Shown in pieces: positions 27,471 to 35,740 of a DNA stretch of 64,000 nt; positions within the stretch are counted from its first letter, which is position 1, and every line of letters begins with the position of its first letter. Both the position numbers and the translations under genes were made by a program. The DNA lies in contig JAAXHD010000315.1 of assembly GCA_012271015.1 (NCBI GenBank), forward strand, positions 26,762 through 90,761, written 5' to 3'. This DNA is from Candidatus Poribacteria bacterium. GTDB taxonomy: Bacteria; Poribacteria; WGA-4E; WGA-3G. A model generated the notes under the pieces. That model saw only the letters and a list, made by a program, of their open reading frames with translations. It was not told the origin of the DNA and made no database searches.

Positions 27471-29288
27471 TCATTCTTCGTCAATAGACCAGGTACAGTT
27501 GATATTATTGTTCTTGTAAAATCGCTTTAGGGCTGACTTATCAAACCATAGCTGCATCTCTTTGCCTACAATATGCCCGACACTGCTCACCTTGAGATAA
27601 AGGCCACCCGCTGTCCAGCCGGGTATGATGTCGTAGCGTCCGGTTTGTGCGGCGTAGATGCTCAGCAGTGCCAGCGGCTCCATCGCATCAAGGTTTGCTG
27701 TTTTATGAGTGTCCTGCAGAATCTCAATCACGGTTTTTCCTTCATGAGACTCCTGCAATTCTGGTTTATCCATGACCTTGCTATAGAGGGTAAAATCATC
27801 TTCAAGCGTAAATAGACCGCTATCGGCGTGTTGTCTACCTTGAAGCAGATTGTCCCCGATTCGCTCCGCCATCGCCAGAAATTCTGTCTTCGGCTCTATA
27901 CGGTACAGATCCACCAGCGCGAAGATATAAGCGGGTTCTAAGGCAGTTGTGTCAAAATTCAACGAGGATTGACTGTTTTTGTCAGCCCCGATATCTCCGA
28001 TTCCGAAGGCTTTAAACATCGTGCGTAGGTAGTCCCTGAACGCACTTTTGCCTCCAGAAACCCGATAGCCGCGGGCACAAACGGAGGTAAAGAGCGATGT
28101 AATGTTTTGCGGCAGAAATGCGCCGCCTTCTTTCGCGCCAAAGTAAAGCTTCTCTATCCTGAAGGGTCCCTTTATCCGAAAACCTGTCAGATCCGTCCCA
28201 TCAATAACAATGCTTTTCAGCGTATTGTTTTTCGGATCGTAGGAAGCGTTTAAAAAGCCGATGATGTGTTGCTCAACTGCCTCTTTGATGTGCGCCATTT
28301 CACCGATCCGTCCGTACTTTTCAGCATTCTCTACGATTGTCAGCATACCCATCATCTGGGTAATGGTGTGGTTCAACTGATTGCCGACATAGACCCTCGG
28401 CTCGGTCGCTTGCGGATACTTTCTGCCGAATACGTTAAGCCCGCGTTTGTCACTTTGCGGATGCACCAGATTGGGCCAGATCCCGGTCTCTGGATCCCGC
28501 TGTTGTATAATCAGATTTAAGAGGCGTTCGCCCCAAATCCGCGGTGCCTCCTCCTGCTTTTGATAACCCAAACTGTAAGCGGCATAAGCCAGATCTAATG
28601 CCACACTGATAAACGAGAGATCCGTACTGATTTCGGGTGCCTTGTACCCGTCCCAGGGTCTGTTCCAAGTGTTGGCGTGATCGACCTGTTTTCTGAAATC
28701 GCCGTGTCGGTTGTAGTGTAAGGCATCCCAATCCTTGATATTCGCTTCCCAAATCCCTTTCATCAGCATCTCGCCGCGGTCCGAGTCCACGGCTCTCAAC
28801 AATTCCCAGTAAGGATATACGTCCTCTATTTCGTGGACAACGCCCTTCATCCCGTACCTATTCCCAGTTACTAAGTCGACATATCCGTGCCCTCCCCAAT
28901 GCAGAACGCCGCTTTCTGGATACCAGTAGTTATTGAACATGTATTCGGCGGCTTCTCCGGCGGCGTGGACATATTTGCCATCCCCAGTGAACTGACTTAA
29001 AGAAGATAGTAACCGCATTAGGTTTTGCTGGTTTTGAAAGAAACTCCAGACCGCGGGTTTTGGCTCGGTACCTGTGCGGTGTGATGTCATAGATCTGGGT
29101 GCCTTCAAATGATCGGTATGAAGGCAGTCAGCAAAGAACGGCATATTTTTCCCACTGTATCTATCCCTTCCATATTGTATCGCCGTATCTGCGAAAAGAC
29201 TAGCGGCTTTTAGAAAGCGGTTATCGTCTATTTCGTTGGGACGCAATCGGTTTCTGCCGATCCACCGATCCAAGCGATTACGGTTCAT
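27471..29288 (-). CDS. conserved-looking hypothetical protein (605 aa, Trp/Tyr-rich, possibly an alpha-toroid carbohydrate-active fold)
   Basis: Long uninterrupted ORF with GGAGG before the ATG. No catalytic signature recognised, so the fold suggestion is only an impression from composition. Confidence 0.4.
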   Translation of the reverse strand: MNRNRLDRWIGRNRLRPNEIDDNRFLKAASLFADTAIQYGRDRYSGKNMPFFADCLHTDHLKAPRSMTSHRTGTEPKPAVWSFFQNQQNLMRLLSSLSQFTGDGKYVHAAGEAAEYMFNNYWYPESGVLHWGGHGYVDLVTGNRYGMKGVVHEIEDVYPYWELLRAVDSDRGEMLMKGIWEANIKDWDALHYNRHGDFRKQVDHANTWNRPWDGYKAPEISTDLSFISVALDLAYAAYSLGYQKQEEAPRIWGERLLNLIIQQRDPETGIWPNLVHPQSDKRGLNVFGRKYPQATEPRVYVGNQLNHTITQMMGMLTIVENAEKYGRIGEMAHIKEAVEQHIIGFLNASYDPKNNTLKSIVIDGTDLTGFRIKGPFRIEKLYFGAKEGGAFLPQNITSLFTSVCARGYRVSGGKSAFRDYLRTMFKAFGIGDIGADKNSQSSLNFDTTALEPAYIFALVDLYRIEPKTEFLAMAERIGDNLLQGRQHADSGLFTLEDDFTLYSKVMDKPELQESHEGKTVIEILQDTHKTANLDAMEPLALLSIYAAQTGRYDIIPGWTAGGLYLKVSSVGHIVGKEMQLWFDKSALKRFYKNNNINCTWSIDEE

Positions 29289-29542
29289 ACAGCCTCCATT
29301 CTACCTCTTTGACTACAGCGCGTCTCATAAATAACCCCAGTTGCTACTTAATAAATTGTAGATGTTTTACACAGTTTTCCTTTATTTCCAAGATGTATTC
29401 GTTTGTAGTCCAGCGATTCATCGCCTATTTTTGTAGTATGGGAAGAAAACGGCTCGGGCTTTCCCACCCTACCTGAAGGACGGATCTGTAGTAAAAAAAA
29501 AAGTGAATTTTTTTACAATGAAATCGGACAAAGTAAACGAAA

Positions 29543-29675
29543 TAGGACTTACGCATTTACTCTTAAAGTCCCCCTGATAAGGGGGATTTAGGGGGTTAAA
29601 GATAACGAAGTACTCTCAGTGCGAGGCATTTTTAGCAAAATATACCGTTTTTCTGTTCAATCTGCGTAAGTCCTA
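29543..29675. repeat. MITE-like element, TAGGACTTACGC family (copy with unrelated interior)
   Basis: Perfect 12-bp terminal inverted repeats TAGGACTTACGC / GCGTAAGTCCTA. The interior differs from copies 1 and 2 and holds a TCCCCC-tgataa-GGGGGA hairpin. Confidence 0.65.
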
Positions 29676-29744
29676 CGAAAATCTAAATTGAACGTTTAAT
29701 TGTTAAAAGATTAAAATCTATATTGCAAAAAAAAAGAGAAAAAA

Positions 29745-30086
29745 ATGACAACCCAAATTCGCGAAGAAAAAGGCATTTCGATTTTGCGACCGAGTGGGAA
29801 GATCGTAGGATCCGCCGTATCAGACTTACGAGAGACACTTTTACCGAAGATAGAGGATTCCGATGCCGCGCGCGTCCTCCTCAACTTTGAAAATGTCCGC
29901 ATGATTGATAGTTCAGGGCTCGGGGTGCTCATAGAAGCACATACCGTCGCAAAACGTAGGAACGGTCGCATCGGTGCTATTCATATTGGAAAACACATTA
30001 AGAATCTGGTTGTTGTGCATCGGCTTATTCATATCTTTGAACATTTCGATGACGAGGCAGAGGCGGTTTCGGCACTGTCCGACTAA
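29745..30086 (+). CDS. STAS-domain anti-sigma-factor antagonist (SpoIIAA-like)
   Basis: ISILRPSGKIVG..., conserved phospho-serine context MIDSSGLGVLIEAH, length 113 aa. Confidence 0.7.
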   Translation: MTTQIREEKGISILRPSGKIVGSAVSDLRETLLPKIEDSDAARVLLNFENVRMIDSSGLGVLIEAHTVAKRRNGRIGAIHIGKHIKNLVVVHRLIHIFEHFDDEAEAVSALSD

Positions 30087-30112
30087 AACTTAACATTCAA
30101 CGAAACCTGAAA

Positions 30113-30137
30113 AAGGGGTGGTTTTACCATCCCTTTT
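30113..30137. terminator. hairpin terminator between convergent genes
   Basis: AAGGGGTGG-tttta-CCATCCCTT (one G-T pair) followed by a T run. Confidence 0.5.
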
Positions 30138-30214
30138 CTGGTTCTGGAATTAGTGGTGAGGTCTTGTAATTCCCAAATGCGTTAAGTGATAGAGCGGAAC
30201 GGTCTAAGGCCTTT

Positions 30215-32962
30215 CTATTTCTCAATTAGCATCTTTCGCGTTCCTGTGAAATCATCTGCTGTTAGTGTGTAAAAGTAAAGACCACTCGCCACGGACTCAC
30301 CCATATCATTTCTACCATCCCAATACGCTGCGCGGCTACGGCTTTGATAGATGCCAGCAGCCATTGGTCCCAATGCTAATGTCCGAACCAATGCCCCGTT
30401 TATAGCGTAGATACGCAAGGTGACCTCAGCAGGGACCGACAACTGATATGGTATCCACGTTTCTGGATTGAATGGGTTCGGATAGTTGGCAAGCAAAACC
30501 GTCTCTTTTGGAAGGAGTGATGTTAGGAGGCGTTGGAGGTTAGCAATTCCGTGTTGGAACAGCATCGAACCGTCATTCTGAGCGTGCGCCAAGCCTATCC
30601 ACTGCTGAATCACCTCAGGATCGAGTCGAATGTCTTTCACAAAAACGGAAGGTGCGGCGGTCCCCGTTGATTCGCCGAGGTGTTGGGCTACAATAACGAG
30701 ATCTAAGATATTGATAATCCCATCACCGTTTATATCAACTCGCGGGCTAGAGGATACAGTGTCGCCTAAATGCTGCGCGACCAGCACCAGATCCAAAATG
30801 TTCGTTTGGCTATCTGCATTGACATCCCAGGTCGGTAGCATCGATCTGGATGCCATCGTAATTGATGTCGTATACACAGCCTTGCTTTCAAACCCAAAAA
30901 ATCCGCTCCAACCGCCCCAGAACTCGTAAACAGCAACGAGTAATATATTGGTGCCCCGTTTGAGGACGACAGGGAACGCATCCTGGTAATCATTCGCCCC
31001 TCGATCAATAGAATTGTTGTGAACCAAATTTCCGTTAAGCCAGACCTTGACAGCATCATCGCTCCCGACGTACATAGTTGTGTTCTGCTCTTGTGGGGAA
31101 TCCAAAGCAATATAACCATAAGCAACATGGTTTTCTATATTGCCGTGCCCCAAACCAATGGCATTCACCATCTCATTAATGTTATTTTCGCCTATGGCGG
31201 AGAGGTTTCCGACTGTCCAAACCCTGTTTCCTACCGCATCTCCAACAGTTGTCCCATTGGTGGCAACTCGCTCTTCTGTAACCGCCCCCTGACTTGCTGA
31301 GGACAGCCAATCTATTCCCGAGGCGGCAGCCCGTGCGCCCCCCACTCTTCCTGTAGGTGCAATCATCCACAACCAGGGTCCCTCGATTTTTGGACCTGGT
31401 GTCTTTGACTTTGCCACAGTCGCCCCTTTAATTTCCATCACTGTATAAACTGCGTCTTTGTGAAAACCGAAAAAGCCGCTCCACTCACCCCAATTCTCAT
31501 AGACCGCGACCAATAAGACATTTTCGTCCGCTCTGAGTGTTACGGGGAAATGGTCCTGGTAATCCTCACTGGCTCGGTCTACAGGCTTGTCATGGACCAA
31601 TTCACCGTTGAGCCAGACTTTCACGGCATCATCGCTACCAACAAACATCCGTGTATTCTGCTTTTTGGGGGATTTCAGCTTAAGCGAGCCGTATATCACC
31701 GCTTTGTCTATAGCCCCAATCCCTGAACCTATAGTGCGTGCTACCTCTGTGAGGTTATCCTTGCCTATGGGGGCGATTGTGCCGGGGGCCCAGACGTTGT
31801 TTCCGACGGAATCTCCCGATGTTGCTCCCTTGGTAGCAATTTCTATCTCTGTTACTGCGGCATTGGTTGCTTCTGATAGATAATCTATCCCAGAAGCAGC
31901 GGCAGCAGCACCGCCGCGCCATCCTGTGGGGACAATTGTCCACAGCCAAGGCCCCTCTATTTTGGCACCTGTAATGGCGAATTCCTCGATCGAAAAACTT
32001 TTTCCGGTATAGTTTCCAAAGGTATCTATTACCCGTAGCCCAACCTGAGACACACCTCGAACGGTTAACTCCGTGGTAACAAAGTCAAAAGTGCTGGTTT
32101 TGTTGCCCTTTAGAGATCGGCACGCAAGCAATTCTGGCTGGTCGACAGCCCCGGGGACAGCAGTCGTGTTTACGTTCAACTGTGCTTGGAAGAGTCCATC
32201 GGGATCGCTGACTTTAAAACGAAAGCGGATCGCATCGGAAGGTTCTGTTTTTGCTTTTAGCATCTCAATCACAGTGGGGCGATCGCCTTGTTTGTTCCCA
32301 GCATTGAAGTAAGGATGGACATTTAACCATTCGGCAGCACATGCCGAGAATATCCCACGGTGGTACCCGTAAGACATGATGTAGTCATCTGACCTGAAAT
32401 CATGTGCCAATCCGAAGTTGTGCCCAAGTTCATGTGCTACGAGTGCAATATCCAAATCTCCGGTAACACAGTGGCCGGAAGCAGGAATTAGCGAGTATCC
32501 TCCACCGATTTCGCCGTGTACATTCGTCGCCTGTCCGCAGGTGTTCCCATCATCAAAGGCTTCACTGGTGAGTTCGATAACAATCAAGTATATATTTTTT
32601 GAGGCATCAAACTGCTTAGCAAGTTCCGCTGTGACTTTATTAGTGGTCTCGTGACGATAGTATGTGCTTGCAAACTGTCCGTTGAAGCGATGCACAATCG
32701 TTTTGTTATTGTTACCGGTTTCAATTGTAAAGGTTTTTCGTTTGTGTCCGTGGCGTTGCATCTCATTGGCATAAAGCTGCTGCACATTTTTTAATAACAC
32801 ATCTAATTCCTTGTTGATGTTTTGCTGCGGCGTTGCATCGCTTGGAAGGAAATAGATAAGCCGGACGGTACGTTTGGGCGTGGTGTTTTGTGCCATGCTG
32901 TATGGTAAAAATATAACAATAGAAAATAAAAGGGTGAGTAGGAAAAATAACACGGTTTTCAT
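30215..32962 (-). CDS. secreted metzincin-like zinc protease with tandem beta-sandwich-like modules, dockerin-like repeats and C-terminal sorting-type domain
   Basis: Signal peptide MKTVLFFLLTLLFSIVIFLPYSMA from ATG 32960-32962 (AAGGAGG upstream). HELGHNFGLAHD is the HExxHxxGxxHD signature. Two modules of about 170 aa both start IEGPWLW and end WSGFFGF. Dockerin-like DVNADSQTNILDLVLVAQHLG and DINGDGIINILDLVIVAQHLG. Tail is LLANYPNPFNPETWIPYQL...LYFYTLTADDFTGTRKMLIEK. Confidence 0.7.
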   Translation of the reverse strand: MKTVLFFLLTLLFSIVIFLPYSMAQNTTPKRTVRLIYFLPSDATPQQNINKELDVLLKNVQQLYANEMQRHGHKRKTFTIETGNNNKTIVHRFNGQFASTYYRHETTNKVTAELAKQFDASKNIYLIVIELTSEAFDDGNTCGQATNVHGEIGGGYSLIPASGHCVTGDLDIALVAHELGHNFGLAHDFRSDDYIMSYGYHRGIFSACAAEWLNVHPYFNAGNKQGDRPTVIEMLKAKTEPSDAIRFRFKVSDPDGLFQAQLNVNTTAVPGAVDQPELLACRSLKGNKTSTFDFVTTELTVRGVSQVGLRVIDTFGNYTGKSFSIEEFAITGAKIEGPWLWTIVPTGWRGGAAAAASGIDYLSEATNAAVTEIEIATKGATSGDSVGNNVWAPGTIAPIGKDNLTEVARTIGSGIGAIDKAVIYGSLKLKSPKKQNTRMFVGSDDAVKVWLNGELVHDKPVDRASEDYQDHFPVTLRADENVLLVAVYENWGEWSGFFGFHKDAVYTVMEIKGATVAKSKTPGPKIEGPWLWMIAPTGRVGGARAAASGIDWLSSASQGAVTEERVATNGTTVGDAVGNRVWTVGNLSAIGENNINEMVNAIGLGHGNIENHVAYGYIALDSPQEQNTTMYVGSDDAVKVWLNGNLVHNNSIDRGANDYQDAFPVVLKRGTNILLVAVYEFWGGWSGFFGFESKAVYTTSITMASRSMLPTWDVNADSQTNILDLVLVAQHLGDTVSSSPRVDINGDGIINILDLVIVAQHLGESTGTAAPSVFVKDIRLDPEVIQQWIGLAHAQNDGSMLFQHGIANLQRLLTSLLPKETVLLANYPNPFNPETWIPYQLSVPAEVTLRIYAINGALVRTLALGPMAAGIYQSRSRAAYWDGRNDMGESVASGLYFYTLTADDFTGTRKMLIEK

Positions 32963-33178
32963 GAAAACCTCCTTATTGGCAGGAAGCGGGTTTGGGAAAC
33001 TCTGCAACATTCTATACCGACTCTGGTGGAACGCAATCAGAAACGTCATCACCTCGCTTGGATGCAGCCTCCACGGATGTGTAAGTTGTTGCGATTTGCT
33101 CCTTCGGATCGACTAGCAGATGAAGGTCGAAATTAGTTAATGGAAAACTCAACGGCTTTGCGTTCGCGTCCAAAACTA

Positions 33179-34561
33179 CTAATCGCGTTTGCTTTTCGTC
33201 CATGCCATAACAGCGGCTCCGAACACGGCAAAACCAAAGAACGTGAAGGGCATCTGCCAGAGAAGAAAACTCATGTGCGTATGGATGTATGAGTGTGCCT
33301 TGAAGATGACATACCACGATAAAGGTGCCAGAATCGAAAACCACGTCGTCCAGATTAATGCGATATCCCGCTGCCGTTGCTTTGCCATCATTTTGTGGCT
33401 CCGCAAAAACAGCAGCATAGACATCACCATAAAAAGAGCGATGAGGTAAACATAGCGGATTTTCAACAGGAAATCAGAGACGAAGGTGTTCGTGTGGGAT
33501 AGATAGTTGTTAAGATCAAAGAAAATACCGTTCACGTAAGTGACGACCACCCCGATCGTTCCAGCCTCTAAACTAACAGCATACACCTCCGGATAGTCTT
33601 GTGGTTCTGCATAGGTTCGTTTACCAAAAGACCAGAGCACATGCCCAACGCCATCCATGAATCCATCCTTGGCAGCACCGATCTGGAAACATAGCATTAT
33701 GAGACTGAAAAAAATTGCTATGCCTGATCCGATTCCAGCTGCAAGCGTCCACTTCAGGTATTGGTGCCTACGCCACTTGTCGAGAACGGCATAATAGATA
33801 CAAGGTGTTACCATCATCACCAAGGTGGTTGTGATATACTCGAAGCCGTTGATGAAACACTTAACGAGCACCGAGATAAAGATTAGGAGACCAAACCTGA
33901 TAAACTGACGGTTCGATGGAACGCTGTGGCGTTTAAGGAGGTACAAGACAACGATCATCGGCAGATAGAACGCCCATAGACTCCACCAAAGATTTTTGCC
34001 AAAGACTGTCAACCATTGGGAGAGTACCGCCGAACCCACGACGAAGATCGCGACCCATCCGCCAAATTCCTCATAGAACCAGCCTACAATCACGGTCAAC
34101 GTGATTGCCGAGAGAAGAGCCGTTAGCACATAGAATGACCATAACTTGATTTGGGGTGATAGCGGAATGAATCTATCGAATAGACTGAAAATTATTCCTT
34201 GCCCCCCAGTTTGTGACATGTACGGTGAAAATTTATCAAAGGAGTGCCCGTTAAGATAGGCGGAATATTGGTTGTCAATCTGGTTTGAAGTTATCCATTT
34301 CTGCTGAATATCAGCAATTCCCGCCCCCGTCAATCCCCCTACCGAGAAGATGCCGTCTTGGCGAGATTTGACCATTCTTCCTATAATAAGACTTTCAGTG
34401 TCTCGCTGATGCGTGTCAAACCATTGCTGTTCAGCGACATGCCATAAGTTAAATAAAAACCCGAAAAACAAGAGTCCGATTGATACTGCCCAAATGGATA
34501 TCTTCCTTGCACGCTCTGATTGACTGAACTGAAATATCCGTATATCTCGATAATTTGCCAT
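33179..34561 (-). CDS. polytopic membrane protein of unknown function
   Basis: 460 aa with about 10 or more hydrophobic spans. No family recognised. Confidence 0.5.
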   Translation of the reverse strand: MANYRDIRIFQFSQSERARKISIWAVSIGLLFFGFLFNLWHVAEQQWFDTHQRDTESLIIGRMVKSRQDGIFSVGGLTGAGIADIQQKWITSNQIDNQYSAYLNGHSFDKFSPYMSQTGGQGIIFSLFDRFIPLSPQIKLWSFYVLTALLSAITLTVIVGWFYEEFGGWVAIFVVGSAVLSQWLTVFGKNLWWSLWAFYLPMIVVLYLLKRHSVPSNRQFIRFGLLIFISVLVKCFINGFEYITTTLVMMVTPCIYYAVLDKWRRHQYLKWTLAAGIGSGIAIFFSLIMLCFQIGAAKDGFMDGVGHVLWSFGKRTYAEPQDYPEVYAVSLEAGTIGVVVTYVNGIFFDLNNYLSHTNTFVSDFLLKIRYVYLIALFMVMSMLLFLRSHKMMAKQRQRDIALIWTTWFSILAPLSWYVIFKAHSYIHTHMSFLLWQMPFTFFGFAVFGAAVMAWTKSKRD

Positions 34562-34769
34562 AGTAATTCTGCCCTATAGCACCCGCCCTTTGGGTACCCG
34601 CGAGTTCAGAGACCATTGTGGAACTTTCTAAAATTCCATTTCAATCTAACCCAAAACGCGTTTGCATAAATCTATTGAATGTGCGACAATGTCAAGAGTT
34701 TAACAGATTTTTAAACTTGATGTCTACTCATTTTTATTACGATCAGTCAGCTTTCTGAACCCATAGATT

Positions 34770-35594
34770 ATGGAAGGAAACCCAATGATGCGTCTAATAT
34801 TAATTGCCTTCAGTATCTTGTGCTGCCTTGCCATGTTTGTGAAACACAGCGATGCTGAAATCGATCCGACAACTGCCGCTGGCGTGTGGCTCTTTAATGA
34901 GACGGATGGGGACACGGCATCCGACTCCTCTGGAAACGGTAACGATGGCACGCTGCAGGGCGACCCGGAATGGGTCCCCGATGGCAAATTTGGCAACGCC
35001 CTGGAATTGGATGGTGCAGGTGATTATGTGAGCGTCCCTGACCATAAAACTTTGGATACCGAACTCAGTGAGGCACTCTCAATCGTCATCTGGGTTCAAG
35101 GCACTTATAGACCCAACGACTGGCATGGGTTGGTGACAAAAGCACAAGGATGGCAAGTCGATATGTGTTACCTGTTGCAACGGGCTGCTAATGGCAAATT
35201 CGAGTTTGCTCCTTTCGGGGAAGCAGGCAATACCGTCTGGACAGCATCCAACATCCTACCCAAAGATGGCACATGGTATCATGTGGCTGGTGTCTATACC
35301 GGTGAAGAAGCACAGATTTACGTTGATGGCGTGCTTTCTGGCACGCGTGTTTTTTCTGCGGAGATTGCCGACACGAACGCGCCTGTGGTCATTGGAACTA
35401 ATTACCCAACCGGCATTCAGCCAGTGGATGGTTTTATCGATGAAGCTGCGATTTTTAGTGTTGCTTTGGAAGAAGAGGATATCAACGCCATAATGAAGGA
35501 CGGCTTGGAAGAGACACTCGGTATATTGGCTGTCGAACCTTCAGACAAATTGGCTTTGACTTGGGGCGATTTAAAAGTCGGTAACGATAAGTAA
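34770..35594 (+). CDS. secreted LamG (concanavalin-A-like lectin/glucanase fold) protein
   Basis: Signal peptide, then WLFNETDGDTASDSSGNGNDGTLQGDPEWVPDGKFGNALELDGAGDYVSVPD, typical of Laminin_G_3-type domains. An alternative ATG at 34785 is possible. Confidence 0.7.
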   Translation: MEGNPMMRLILIAFSILCCLAMFVKHSDAEIDPTTAAGVWLFNETDGDTASDSSGNGNDGTLQGDPEWVPDGKFGNALELDGAGDYVSVPDHKTLDTELSEALSIVIWVQGTYRPNDWHGLVTKAQGWQVDMCYLLQRAANGKFEFAPFGEAGNTVWTASNILPKDGTWYHVAGVYTGEEAQIYVDGVLSGTRVFSAEIADTNAPVVIGTNYPTGIQPVDGFIDEAAIFSVALEEEDINAIMKDGLEETLGILAVEPSDKLALTWGDLKVGNDK

Positions 35595-35660
35595 TGCCTC
35601 CGCTGAGTTGATGACGGATCCGCTGGTACAATCCGGTGCGACACAAGGTGTTTTTTATTG

Positions 35661-35712
35661 ATGCTATCCCTGACCATTCGTGGTTTCGTACTGGAACGGT
35701 CAGTGATAGCAT
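35661..35712. terminator. long hairpin between convergent genes
   Basis: 15-bp arms ATGCTATCCCTGACC / GGTCAGTGATAGCAT (one mismatch) with a 22-nt loop. A T-rich run lies just upstream. Confidence 0.35.
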
Positions 35713-35740
35713 GCCATTCAGGATTCAGTCGAAAGGCCGA

